From Guillardia theta CCMP2712 (lineage: Eukaryota; Protista; Cryptophyta): 64,000 nt of DNA. Positions 36,049-49,385 of this stretch are shown here, piece after piece. The notes under the pieces are model-generated. The model did not search any database. It saw nothing but the letters and a program-made list of their open reading frames with translations, and had not been told where the DNA came from. The stretch is from contig NW_005434651.1 of assembly GCF_000315625.1 (NCBI RefSeq), forward strand, positions 416,045-480,044, in the 5' to 3' direction. Numbering within the stretch: position 1 is the first letter of the stretch; each line of letters starts with the position of its first letter. The position numbers and the translations under genes are program-made.

Positions 36049-38779
36049 ATGGCGGAGCAAGTGAAATGTAAGTTGCGAGGATGAGGCGAAAGTTCGCGAT
36101 GAGAGGAGGGAAGAGAAGTGAACATGCAGTGAGAGAATCGAGGAGAGAGATAGCTTGAGTGTGAGATTGAACACAGATAGAGCATCGAGGAGAGAGATAG
36201 CTTGAGTGTGAGATTGAACACAGATAGATCAAGGAAAGGAAGTTGAAGCAGGGACTTGGAATGAAGGTCTTGGTTATTGTGGGGCAAAGGGGAACGTACA
36301 AGGGAAGCTGGTAAAGATTGTCTAAATCAAAGACGATAATTCTCTTGAAGAGGTAGAGGGCGGCGGCGAGGAGAGAGGGGAGAAAGGAATTAGCAATTGA
36401 TGAGTATTCTTATCCCAACTGTCATGTCACAATACGCCAGAGTGGTAGTCGTTTCGAATGTTATATAACTATATATGACGAACAGCAAATATCGCACCTG
36501 AACCTTGCTGCTGCAGATGTGTTGGAAGAAAATGAAATGCCTAAGGCTTGGTACAACATTCAAGCTGATCTCCCCAAGCCACTTCCCCCAGTGTTGCATC
36601 CCGGGACCCACAAGCCTGTTGGCCCCGATGATCTTGCTCCTCTCTTCCCTCCAGATCTGATCATGCAGGAGGTGATGGATGGAGCTGACTGATGTCAAAT
36701 GTTGAGTTCTGACAACTCCGTCAGGTAACTCAAGAGAGATACATTGAGATTCCTCCGGAGGTCCAGCAAGTGTATAAAATTTGGCGTCCCAGCCCGCTCT
36801 ACAGAGCAAGAGCCTTGGAGAAGGCGCTTGGCACTCCTGCAAAGATTTACTACAAATATGAAGGAGTTTCTCCGACAGGAAGCCACAAGCCAAACACAGC
36901 TGTTCCTCAGGTGCTGTGCTGCCTGACAGTTCGTATTCTCAGTCCGATTGCAGGCGTACTACAACAAGAAGGCCGGAACGAAGAAGCTCTCCACTGAGAC
37001 TGGAGCTGGACAGTGGGGAAGTTCGCTGGCATTCGCAGGCTCTTGCTTCGGGTGACATAAAGATCTGGAAGTGGCGACGATGACGATGTTTCTTTGAACA
37101 GCCTTGAAGTCGAAGTCTTCCAAGTGAAGGTGTCCTATGGTATGCATTCGTTGAATGTTTTGCAGCCCTGCGCTCCTTTTGTTAACATTTGGAATTTCAG
37201 AGACAAAGCCCTACAGGAGCATCTTCATGAAGACGTTTGGGGCCCAGTGCTACCCGTCTCCGAGTGATCGCACAGAGGTCCAGGACAAGAAAGGTCAAGT
37301 GTTTGTTTGTAGTAACGACTCTCTCCAGGTGGGGAAAAAGATTTTGGAGAAAGACCCGGCGTGTACTGGCTCTCTTGGCATCGCAATTTCAGAAGCTGTA
37401 AGGAGTTGCTTTGTTCCAAATTATGCTGTTCCCTCAAGTTTGGCCATGTCAGGTCGAATCGTGCATGAAGAGCGAAGTTCCGACAAAGTACGCTCTTGGT
37501 TCCGTGCTCAACCATGTTTTGATGCATCAGGTTCTTCTTTCTTGCTGCTCTAAGTGTACACGCTGACCGCTGGTAGACCATTATTGGACAAGAAGCAATT
37601 TCTCAACTGGAGAAGGCTGGAGACTATCCTGATGTGTTGGTGGGCTGCACAGGTGTTCTCCTGTCTTGTGTTGTTGCGCCCTATAACATAAATCGACCAT
37701 GACAGGAGGAGGCTCGAACTTTGCTGGCATGTAAGCGAGTAGAAATGTTTATCAATCTTGCTCATGACTCCTACAAATTCAAGGTGCTTCCCGTTCATCG
37801 GGCAGAAGTTCCGAGGCGAAGCCAAGAAGTCTTTTAGGGTCGTTGCTGTGGAACCGGCTGCATGCCCCTCCTTGACCAAAGTCTCAAGTTACAATGAAGT
37901 CTTCTGATAGGAATGACATGTCCATGACAGGGGAAGTATACCTACGACTTTGGAGATACAGGTCAGTGACTTTCTTTGTCTGTTTGTTCCGTTCTCTTGT
38001 TCCTCTGCTTACTTGGCTTGTCAAGGCCACATGACGCCATTGATCAAATGCCATACCCTCGGCCATCCAGTAGGGTGTGTATCTTCACTTGACTGAATGT
38101 GACCACAAGCTCAGTTCATCCCCCCCCCTGATCACGCGGGCGGCCTCCGTTATCACGCTATGGCACCCCTTATCAGCCATCTCAAGGCATCATTCTTATC
38201 CTCTCAGCCCTCCCGCTCACGTTTGCAACAGGAGCTTGGAGAGCTTGAGGCTGTTGCCTACCGTCAGACGGAGGTGAAGTCAGACTGTATTCCTTGAGCT
38301 GCCCCTCACCCTCGGGCCAGTGCTTCGAGGCCGGCATTCTCTTCGCCAAGCATGAGGGCATTCTTCCAGCTCCCGAAGCCAACCACGCGGTATGCTTGCT
38401 GCCCACCTGTAACGGAGAGTGATGGAGCGAGCAGGTGAAAGGAGCGATCGAGGAGGCGCTGCGGTAGGAAGAGCAGGACAGGAGAGGATGAGCCTGACGA
38501 AAGTGCTGCAGGTGCAAGAGGGAGGGCAAGTCAGAAGTCATCCTCTTCAACCTCTGTGGTAGAGGCCCTGGCCTTGTCTTTACCGACCAGCCTCACGATA
38601 CTCCAGGTCACGGGAACTTTGACATGGCGGCATACGACAAGTTCAATCAGGTGAGGGGAACGGATCATGGCGAGGATTCTTCGTAATGGCGCGGTCGGCA
38701 GGGAGCCATGAAGGACTCGGACTTCAACGAGGAAGACATGGCGCTCGCGCTCGCCGCCACCCCCAAAATTGCCGAGTAA
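36049..38779 (+). CDS. trpB2: Tryptophan synthase beta chain type II (TrpB2), about 19 introns
   Basis: [32 protein letters not shown] (PLP lysine), [33 protein letters not shown] and PAPEANHA motifs. Confidence 0.93.
36137..36228. repeat. 47-bp tandem duplication (2 copies) in the first trpB2 intron
   Basis: ATCGAGGAGAGAGATAGCTTGAGTGTGAGATTGAACACAGATAGA at 36137 and 36184. Confidence 0.9.
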
Positions 38780-38880
38780 GATTGCAGGTTTCTTCACATC
38801 GAAGCTCCATGAGTTTATCACCATCTTACTACCAAACAAGTTTTTGCGGAAGATCGAACGGAATAGCTCACTTGCACAGC

Positions 38881-40481
38881 TCACTTGCCCTTCTTTCCCT
38901 TGCCGCCCTTCTTCCCCTTCCCCTCCTCGGCTTCCCTGTCGCTCGAGTCAGCAACGATCTCGGTACCTTGCGATCCCTTTACATCTGTGGGGCCGGCATG
39001 TCGTTGAACTTGAGTTCGAACTGTCCCTTGGTGGCCTGCCCTGGGGTCAAGATGGCAACCTTCACCCTTCCAGCAGCTCACCTTGGTCATTTCAGCAACA
39101 AATCTCTCATGGTCGCCGGACAGAAACCCGACGTCGCAGCTGCAGCAGGCTCAGAGCCACTTTCCTCACCTCCTCCCCACACCAGCCCTCACATCATGCT
39201 TTCGTCTGTGTAGCTTTCCTTGTGCACAGTGCAAATCGAGTGCAGAATCCCTGAGGCTGTGAGGGAACGCTTAAACTCCACCATATTATCCTCCTCCTGC
39301 ATCACCAGCTCCCGCAAGTGATATGGGGATGGTGACAGTCGCCGAGATCTAGCAACTAGTCAAGAAGCGGAGCACGAGTCTGTTGAGTTGTGACCTCGTT
39401 TTTGACTATCGGGAACATCTCCTTGAGTTTCTTCACGATCTCCAGCGCCTGAGTGTCGGTGGATCTGGGGAGGCGGAGAGGGACAAGCTTCAGCAGACTC
39501 TATCGCAGCCGTTGGCCATACCGGAAGGGGTCGATCTTCAGTCCTTTGATCGATTGGATTCCATTCTGGCGGCAAGGTCAAACGAGCATCGGAGGAGGAA
39601 AGGAGGGAAGAGGAGACGAAGAGCTTGCAAGTTACCTCCACTCGTGCAGCAGGGATGGGCTTGTTGGTTCCTCCCTCCATGAAGTTCCTGTTGCAAGGCC
39701 ATCCTGCCCTTCAGCGAATTGCTGCGGCGGATGCAAGTCAACCCGCAGATGTAGGTGATGATCTGCTTGGTCTTATCGTCCACCTTCTTCTTCCTCTCTG
39801 CCGCGCTCAGCTACCAGAAGGTCAAGGAGAGCCGTCAAGCGCTGCGGCAACGTTGCGATCCCCTCCTCGCTCACCTGGAACTCTCCCTTGGATAGAACCT
39901 CCTCAATACATTTGCCCATATCACTGCAGTGTCCCGGTGAGCAGCAAGCCAGCTCACCCTCCAGCACGAAGACAACCTGTGCCCGAACGCCTTCTCAATG
40001 TCTGCAGTACTCGGCCGATCTCCTGTCTTGCAGTCCTGCCTCATGCTCTCACGCGCGGTACCTCCCCTTCGCCGTGTCTGACCTTGAACATCTCCATGCT
40101 CACCAATACTTCCTCCATGCTCGCTACTCCTTCTCTGTACTGTGCATGCTTCAGATGGATCTTGGCTCACAGTTGATCGAACCTTGTCCACCATCCCAGG
40201 AAGACACATGACCTCAAACTGCATTCCTCCTACCACGTTTTTTTACGACAAGACTGCAGCCCTTGCATCGTACCTTTCTTCAGTCGGCATAGGAGAGGCT
40301 CTTCCTTTGGCCCTCCTCCTCGAAGCTTCAGTGCTGTCCACTGGACTTGTTGGTGCGATGATGGCAGGGCAGGGCATTCGATACGGGCTGGACTTGGAAG
40401 CAGCGCAGAATGAACCAAGGAGGCTACCAGGGCGAGGGCCAGGCAAGTGCACCGAATGATGCTCGTTCCTGCCGTCTTCAT
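38881..40481 (-). CDS. SBDS/Sdo1 ribosome maturation factor-like protein with signal peptide and LKLRGG leader
   Basis: LCRLKK..GGMQFEVMC, ADIEKAFG..CIEEVLSKGEFQ, KQIITYI, TNKPIPAARVE, ATVTIP and ATKGQFELKF follow the three SBDS domains. Confidence 0.75.
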
Positions 40482-40806
40482 CCTGATTCGTATCCTTCTT
40501 ACTCGGTCTTTGTCTCTCTTCCTCGTCCTCTTCCTCTTCCTCTTCCTCCTCCGCTCTGACGTTTGTGAGCTCCTTGCTAAATGCTCTATGGACTTCCTTT
40601 CTCTCGTGATCCTGGAGGGGGTGGTGGTAGGGGAAATGAGGGGTATCAGTTATGACGAAATGGCTCTTGAATATTCAAATACTTTTGGAGTATTTGAAAT
40701 TTCATGGAATTGTTTGATTGGGTACGAATTTCTAACAGGTTGAGGGAAGGGGTATTTTGAGTGTTGAGCAGAGGGTAGGGGTGGGAGCGCAAATCCGTTG
40801 CCAATC

Positions 40807-41673
40807 ATGGACGATTCAGGTCTGAGCCAGCGAGAGAAGGAAAAGCTGGAGAGAGAGAAGGTGAGAGAACTTCAACTTGTCATGGTAGTCTTGTGCTACT
40901 ATCGTCGTCGTCGTCGTCGTCATCATCATCATCATCATCATCATCATCACCATCACCATCACCATCACCATCACCATCATCATCATCATCATCATCATCT
41001 TCTTCTTCTTCTTCTTCTTCTTCTTTTTCTTTGTCTTCTTCTTCTTCTTCTTTTTCTTTTTCTTCTTTTTCTTCTTCTTCTTCTTCTTCTTCTTCTTCTT
41101 CTTCTTCTTCTCTTCCGTTATCATGATCATCGCAACCAGCAGTGCTAGGTCAGCACTAGTAATAGCTACGACAACAACGAAGAGGGTGTGGGGGATACAC
41201 TACCAATACTACCACCACTATCAACATCAACAATAGAAAGACGAACAGAACTAGATATTGCAGTTTGACATTTCATTGGACATAGGGGAAAACATGAGAT
41301 TTTTTTTCCCTCACGACCATGGTCCTCTGCAATCTTTTCATACTCCATCACTCATGCAAGCAACCACGATTCTTGTACGTGTTCGGATCCAACATTTCTC
41401 ACATCACACTTTCAATTTACTTGTCTTTCGACATGTGAAACGATCTCTGGTTTTGACGTACTTTCGATTGAGTATGATGCGCAGAAAAGGATAAGGATGG
41501 AGAACGAAATCTACTTTCGGTCGCATCCTGAGCTCGGTGAAATCATGCGAGCTGTTTCTTCTCAAGTGCTCAAGGAAGCTCCGGACGATCCCGTCAAGTT
41601 CATCATAGACTTCATGACCAACAAGAACCTTCGAGACCGGGTGGCAACCTTGACCGATGAAACGAACATATGA
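40807..41673 (+). CDS. RIIa domain-containing protein (RIIAD1-like)
   Basis: Exons 40807-40860 and 41485-41673 give LSQREKEKLEREKKRIRMENEIYFRSHPELGEIMRAVSSQVLKEAPDDPVKFIIDF. Confidence 0.75.
40900..41115. repeat. Compound microsatellite (TCG)n(TCA)n(TCACCA)n(TCT)n, intronic
   Basis: Directly visible in the sequence. Confidence 0.95.
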
Positions 41674-41980
41674 GGCCCTGATCGCTCGCTGTCGATCCAC
41701 TCTCCTTCTTCCTTCTCATATTCTTCTTCTTTCTCCCTCCTCCTCTTTCCCCCCCTCCTTTCAACTCCATTCTCGGCATCAGTGCCTCACGTTCTTGCTT
41801 CGACCTGCACTATTTCCTCTCACGTCAGCCTCGGGACCCGCCGCCTCGCCTACATTCCTAGTTGAGAAATTTATTGTACAAAAAAACTCACCCCAACGAC
41901 ATCTCTTCCAATATCCTCTCTAGCTCAACCTGTCTGTTCCTCAACCTCCCTGCTCACTTGTTCCCTGTCCCTCTCTCCCC

Positions 41981-42646
41981 TCAGCGGCCTGATGAGATGT
42001 AATACTCTGATTCAGCCTCGTCGAACACATCCCCGAGGTGATCGCACATTGACATGATCTCTTTCAGCCCCTGCTTCAGCGCCTCCGCTGCTGTCGTGTC
42101 GCTTCCAGCTGCGCCAGCCAGCGTGAGCTCGTACCGGAAGCAGCGTTTCATCCTCCTCCTCACCTTTGGTCTGGATGTGAAGGTGCATCTTGCTCTCGAG
42201 CGGGTGGGGAACGCTGTACCCGCAAAAAGTCACGTTGGGGCTGCAGCAGCTTGTCAGCGCGTTGGGGACGAGGGAGGAGGAAGAGCTCTTACTTCCTCGA
42301 GATCACGATGCGCAGAGCGTTGCCTAGCGTGTGGTCCTCGTTCCTCATGACGAAGGTTGTGCTCGTCGTCGTAGATTCCGGAGTCTGTCAGGGGAAAAGC
42401 GACCATAAGTAGAGACGGGAAGATGGCTGGAGACAGGAAGACGACAAGGGACGGAGGAGGGGGAGGGAGCAAGCGGATGAAGATGAAAGAGGAGAACAAA
42501 CGACCGGACCAGGACACAAGAAGCACGAGGAGAAGAAGCAGGATGTGAATCAACAAGAAGACGAGCAGCACTAGGAATGAACGTACAGTCTCCAGCTTGG
42601 GGAGTCCTTCATTCACATCATCTTCTTCGCCGCGGATTCCTGCCAT
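41981..42646 (-). CDS. RPC19: RNA polymerase I/III shared subunit AC19 (RPC19/POLR1D)
   Basis: EEDHTLGNALR, VTFCGYSVPHPLESKMHLHIQT and AAEALKQGLKEIMSMCDHL motifs. Confidence 0.88.
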
Positions 42647-43000
42647 GTCTGACTGGGGAGTGTTGGTAGTTGCCAGTGGGTATCGATTCTCTTCGTTCCA
42701 AAACCTCAGGATGCTTGCTGGAAGAAGAAACAGGATCAGGTTCATGGAAACCACAAATCAAGACAGCAGAGAATAAATGATCATGGAGATGAACTGGCAC
42801 GACAACTAATGACAAAACGAAGGGCGAGGGGGCTTTCGTGCTACATGCGTGCAATGTTTTCTTCCTCTCGACACGCTCTATCCAACTCAAATCTCTTTCT
42901 CTATTTACTACAGTGCATTGGCTCCTGTCTACCTGCTTGGTATGAACTAAAAATCGGGGTGACATATCTGCATCTTTCTTCGATCAGTTTTCTTCCGTGG

Positions 43001-43323
<323 letters not shown>

Positions 43324-43337
43324 GATGGAACGCATAC

Positions 43338-43437
43338 NNNNNNNNNNNNNNNNNNNNNNNNNNNNNNNNNNNNNNNNNNNNNNNNNNNNNNNNNNNNNNN
43401 NNNNNNNNNNNNNNNNNNNNNNNNNNNNNNNNNNNNN
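43338..43437. other. Assembly gap (100 N)
   Basis: Run of N. Confidence 1.
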
Positions 43438-43563
43438 ACCATCACCATCAGCTTTCATCACCATCACCATCTCATCCCTCTTATCCTCCTCTTCCTCCTT
43501 CCAGCCTGCCATCCTCTCTTCGCTCCGGTTGCATTGGCACGTGCCCCAAAATTTCATGCCATC

Positions 43564-45474
43564 ATGAGTGGCAGCGGATATGCTATAGAAAATTTGTAAT
43601 TTATCTGCTGCCCTTTTGCAAGTGTAGATAAAATCCGTGAGGCAGGCTCGATTATTATGGGGGAGGAAATTCGTGATGGAGGGGAAGGGAAGGTTATCAG
43701 AGAGGAGGGAGATGCGAAGGGAAGAGTGAGAGAAGGAGCAGGCAGGAAGGCAGGCAGGAGGAGCAGGCAGGAGGAGCAGGCAGGAGGAGCAGGTAGGAGG
43801 AGCAGGTAGGAGGAGCAGGTAGGAGGAGCAGGCAGAGCTTTACAAGATCCTTGCACACAACAAGAGAAGTTTTTGTGTGCCCTGAGGGCCCCCTCGCTGT
43901 ATTTCATCCTTCTCCCCCATGGACGAGCTTCTTACCTGGGCATGTGCGGAGGGGATGCAGCCTCCTCCCCTCCAGCCAGCATACTTCGAATCCACAAGAT
44001 GCCGAGGAATGAAGTCAACTCGATCCATAGCAGAAGGTGGAAAATCCATATGATGGACTGTCCCCGCCGATGTGACGCATCTAGCGCAGGCGAGGTGGTG
44101 CTGGAGATACCTTCACACCTACTCTTGTCTGCGGACTCAGCCATGGAGTGCAGGTTTGTTAGAGAAGTCGTCAAGGCGGCTTCGCAGGAAGACGAGCAAT
44201 TGTGTGAGAGGCAGCTTCTTTCCCTCCACCTCCTCGTCGAGAAATGGAAGGCCGAACGATCGAGATGGTGGAGGTGAGCGCAGGCTGGGACGTGTCATGA
44301 GCACCTGAACTTCGTGGGTGCCTGTCAGGTTCATCCGATCCATCCCTCCCAGCTACGACACTCTGGAGAACTGGAGTGAGCAGAGCGTGGCGCGACTGCA
44401 GTACAAGGTGACTGTCATGGATGTGAAGGGCCTCGACCTGACACTCTCAAGCCCTTCCTTGCTATCGCAGCTCGTCGCAAGCGAGTTGTCAACGACGAAT
44501 TCTCGCAGCTACAAAGGCTCCTGTCACGTTGCAAGAAGCGTTCATGGAACGAGCCGGAGGCCGCTGAGGAAGCTGAGAGGATCCAGCTCGGTTTCAGTAG
44601 CTTTTCAAGGGAGGACTACCTGTGGGCAGCAGGGACGGTAAGTACAAGGAGCTGCCACTACGAGAGGAAGAGCGGGTACAGCCTACGAGGAGAGACGGTC
44701 GGATGCCTTGTTCCTGTCCTCGACTTCCTCAATCATTCCACTGCCCCCGTTGCCGCATGTGGCTTCTGTAAGGACGCCATGGTCTACCGTGTCACCTGCT
44801 TGCGTTCCTACGAGGAGGGCGAGCAGGTGATGATTCACTACGGCAATTGGAGCAACGCAGGGCTCTTGGAGCACTATGGCTTCGTCCTAGAGGACAACCC
44901 GCTCGACTCCTGCATGCTATGGCTGCGTCATCCTCCCAACCCACCTGAGCACTTGATCGCTACCCCTACCCTCAAGTCCGAGTTTCGTCGCATGCAGGAT
45001 ATGATCATCAGCTTCGGAAAGGAGGTAGAAGAGGATGGGACGAACTCCCGCGCTCCAAGAATGGGTGAAACGAAAGCAGCATCATGGCTGGAATTCGAAC
45101 TGTACGCAGGGGACGAAGGGGCACCAGCGGAGTTGTCGTGGAACATCTTGACCTTCCTTCGATGGTCGGCGTATCTCGCGAACGGAATTTATGATGCCTC
45201 CTTCTTCGACAAACTGCTCGAGGCTGACGAAGACTCACCGGTTTCACTACAGAACGAGACGGAGGCGCTGCAGATGCTAGAGAAATCTTTGCAGAATGTC
45301 TTGTCTACCCTTGCAATTACCGATGGAGACGAAGCCAACAAGTGTGGCAACGATCATGATCGGATCGCAGTCACACTGAAAAAGCAAGCAGGGAAAATAA
45401 TTATGAAACACATGTCATGGTTGCGTCTACGTCACATTGAGCTAGAAAATGAGAAACAGAAAGATTGCAAATGA
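43564..45474 (+). CDS. SET-domain lysine methyltransferase (SETD3/SETD4/Rubisco LSMT-like); 5' end approximate
   Basis: GEVVLEIPSHLLLS, LSLHLLVEK, YLWAAGTVSTR, LVPVLDFLNH and GEQVMIHYGNWSNAGLLEHYGFV motifs. Confidence 0.85.
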
Positions 45475-45612
45475 AGACTCCCAAAGAAAACCACTGCTGA
45501 TGCTAACTGTATTGTGTATGCTGTATCACACAGCTCTGTCTTCTGGCGGTTTATCTGCGATTCATTTAACACATTCAGTCGTTCCTGATTCCACTGTTTT
45601 GTATCAGTATCT

Positions 45613-48032
45613 CTATCCCTTTACACCAACTGCCCGCTCGAGCTGTTCCCATTTCTGTTTCCTCGACAAATGCGCAGCTGCATTCCTGTCGACAGGTTAC
45701 TTTCATGCTGAAATCAGCAGATAACGTACTTCTCCATGTTCATCTTATGTTTTTGCGTGCATTCCTCCCACAACCTTGCATCCATGTCCATGAAAAGCTT
45801 TTGGACGTTGAAGGTCAGTCCATGAACAGTGCTGTGTAGATCAAAAAGTTAAATGAATGACACACATCAGTCAAATCATACCTATTCCAGTGCTTCGTTG
45901 TGTTTGCTTCGAGAGCAGGATACAACACGGGCAAAATTACGTCTCTGCTCTTAGCAATCAAGGAGACAATGTATTCGTTGTTCCATAGAAAAAGCGCTCT
46001 CTCAGCCACCTGTTTCAAATCAAAATCAACTTTTGATTCGCAATGCAGGAACAGAAACCAGACCTGGAAATGTGGGGAGTTGATACATCTTGCAATCAGA
46101 CGAAACAAGGGCTCAGCAACTTTGGCGAATTCAGCCGACTTGCACGAACATCAGAATGAAATGACAAGAAATCTTTCCAAATGGTCACCTGAGTCAGTTC
46201 TAACAACTCTTCCAGCTCATTCAAAAACATGACTTCTTTGGAACTGTTAGTATGCGGCCAGTACTTTATCAACCCTCTCAAAATCTGTCAAATCAGTAAG
46301 TTAAGTCAATAGAAGTACAAGTGGAAAGACTGACAATATCCGCGAGCTTTGGATCCTTCTCCAAATATTGAGTAATGCAATAGGATAGCTGCTGGTGGTA
46401 TTGCTGAATGCAGGAGCCTGATGGCTTGTGCAGAGGAATAAGTGCTCTTGATAGGAATTGCTTGTGCTCGTCTTTCAATGGCAATGCGAATCCGTTGATA
46501 ATGCTTCCAAGGATTTCCAGAAGCTCAGCAATGCCGTTGTGTCTCTCTGTTTCATAAATAAAGCGGTAAAAGACGTTGCTGATGGCCTATTTGACAATGC
46601 TTACAATGCTGTCAAGTTACCGAGAATAGATGCACCTTTCTGATGAAAGCACGATGAGGCATGAATTTTCCATAAATTCGGTGAAGAATGGTTTTCAAGT
46701 AGTCTCTCTCGCGTGGGTCTTCAGAGTCAAACAGCTCAAGAAATCTTGTGATCAGAGTTGTGTCGATGTACTTTCTGGCAACCTGTAGCACGATTCAAAA
46801 CATTTCCTAGAAAATTATGGATTCTTCGACCTTGGCCTCAGTTGAACCAGAGACAACGAAACGAAGAAAAAATTCGTAAACGATATGCAAGTGAGGCCAA
46901 GCCTAGAACATAGTAAATCGAAGAAATTTCAAGAAGAAGGAAAGATACAGGTTCAAGGATAGGTTCATCTTCCTCTGGATCGAACGGTGTGTCCTTTGGA
47001 CGAGCAGGCAACTGGCGAAAGATATTCGCAGAAACCTATCAATTTCCTGTTATCTTGACATCGGATTTCCATGAAAGGCAAGGACCATTGTCACAACTTC
47101 GGGCATGATTCCCTCGACGAAAGGTTGCTTTGCACTGTTCACGTAATCTACAAGCTCCAAAAGCGTCTTTCATGAAGACAGATAGATTTCAGCGACAGGA
47201 AATCATCAATCCGAAAAAAAAAACCTGTCGCTTGATTTCCTTGTCTCTATCCGTTCCTCCTCCATCAGTGAAATCGCAAATGATGCCACAAAGGCGCAAT
47301 TTTCGCACAAAAAGATTCGCACGCTCACTGTTTGGTACTTCTGTACACAGCAAATATCAGAGAAAAATTCTAAATCATGTATGAAAGCAAGACAATTCAT
47401 GACTAGGCATTCGCATTTTTTCGCTTGATTCAATCAGATCATGTAAAGAAAATTTATGATACATCAGATCATGCATTGATATGAATGAACAAATCAACCA
47501 TTCGCAGATGCTTCAATGCCAGTAGTTCAAATAAGAAAAGGGAAGACGATTAATTTCACAATGGACGTCATAGGACATGCTCAAAAATTGCCCTGTAATG
47601 ATCAACAACAAAGTCTGTACATCAGACATCCAGGACTGTGTCAGTGGATTATGCAGCTCAATACTCAGAAAACCTACTGTGAAGGGGTAAAGCACAGACT
47701 TTTGCAGGATTAATTTGAGGGTCAGAGAAGCAAGGAGATAGACACAGTATTGCGTAATATGACAATGAACTCAAGTGCATACTGATCATTTCAAAATCAA
47801 CCGATGTGACTGGGCAAATGTCAATCAACAAAGTATGGATGTGAGAAATAGGAAAACTGAAAGTGGTTTGGGCAATGCCAGAGTGCGAGAACTCAAATTC
47901 AGAAAGTATTGCTATGCAAGGAGTTTGCTCATGAGAAGCATACATATCTTAACAATCCATCAAAACGATCATTTCATCTGAACCTTTGAAGGATGGTAGA
48001 GTTTCCATAGCGTCCAGGCGGCTGCGCGCCAT
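45613..48032 (-). CDS. Protein phosphatase 2A regulatory subunit B' (B56)
   Basis: [66 protein letters not shown] and [16 protein letters not shown] motifs. Confidence 0.93.
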
Positions 48033-48954
48033 CGGCAGAGGAGCGAGCGGCCAATTCGAGGGGTAGGGGTACTCCGCAGATTATCCGAAGGTGGGGGTGA
48101 TGACCCACCTATACTCAAAATTCGTTATTGTATAATTTGAAAATCAGGGTGGGTGGAGAGCTTGAACAGAAGGGTGGGGTCACACTTGGGAAAAGCGACG
48201 GGTTCCCCAGATTTCAGAAGACAGTACCGGTGAAATGTGGATTGAGAAAGGGTGGGTACTCTGTTGGTGGGATGCAACGGGTTTGCCTGGGGTGGTGGAT
48301 GAGTTTGGTAAGCTCAGGGGGTAGGGGAAACAGCTACCCTTTCACAAATTATGATTTGAAATTTCGAAAACTAGACCATATTTCCTTCTCATAATTGAAA
48401 CTTGCCCTATTAATTTGAAATTGTTCACATTTATTGGAATGGTACATCCATGGTGGATGAATGGGTATATACTGGGGTGGTTGTAGGTCGGGTGCAGGGA
48501 CAACGGTGGGGTCATTTAGATTGACTGATGGTGAGGTTGAGCACCGGTCTGATTGTAGGGTGTGGTGACTGGTGTAAGGGGGTTTCTGCGAGGTGGGGTG
48601 GGGTCGGGTGGGATAGGAGATGGGGTGCTATAGGAGAATTGCCGGGAAGACTACTTGATGGTAGAAACGAGCGGGTGGGGGTAGTGAGTAGAATAAAAGG
48701 GTCTTTTGTTGGGGTGATCAGTGACTTTCATTTTGTAAGGTGTGTAGGGTGGGTACCAAAATCATGGATACCAGTACAGCACCACCCCACCTCAGATCTT
48801 ATTGCAGCCATACCACCGGTGGAGTTTGAGTGCAATTTGCCGGTGTACCCAACGGGTATGTGAAGCATAGTCTGAGGCGGATTACTCCTTTTCACCACCC
48901 TACCCTACTAAAATCTAGCATCGATCCCTGCAACATAGCTCATAACCTTTCGCG

Positions 48955-49385
48955 ATTCACTGAGAGTCATTCCGAGTCACTGCCCTGGCAGGGTGGCACC
49001 GCCGGGCCGGGCGCCGGGTCACCACCGGCCCGGCCGCCGGCCCGGCCCGGCCGCCGGCGGCCCGGGCCGGCCCGGTTTGAGTAACCGTAAGTTGGCCGCG
49101 GCCGGACGCACCGTCACCGTGACACTGAACAGTAGTACCGTACTATACTGCGGCGTGCCGCCGGCGGCACATCACCGTGCTGATGAGAGTCACGGGCAAT
49201 GATTCAGTGACCGCCCGGCGCCGGTCTGACCGCGCGGCTAGTACGTAGTCACTGATAGTAGTACCGCGGGCGGCGGCGGCGGAGCCTCGGAGCGCGCGGC
49301 CGCCCGGCCGGCCGGGGCCCGGCGGGCCGCGTGGCCGCGTGACACGGCACTGTGCCGCCAAAGTTTCCAGGGCTACCACCGGTAC
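48955..49385. repeat. GC-rich palindrome island G
   Basis: (CCGG/GGCC)n runs; GTAGTACCG at 49132 and 49258; GGCAC-T-GTGCC hairpin. Confidence 0.8.

Noticed and set aside
10023-38779. A metabolic gene cluster (desaturase, glycosyltransferase, PEP-mutase-like, GST, TrpB2)
   Set aside because: The genes are dispersed among unrelated ones, have different predicted compartments, and the PEP-mutase-like protein lacks catalytic residues, so no phosphonate or other pathway is supported.
40798-41148. Poly-H/L/K/S ORFs
   Set aside because: They come from a trinucleotide microsatellite inside the RIIAD1-like intron.
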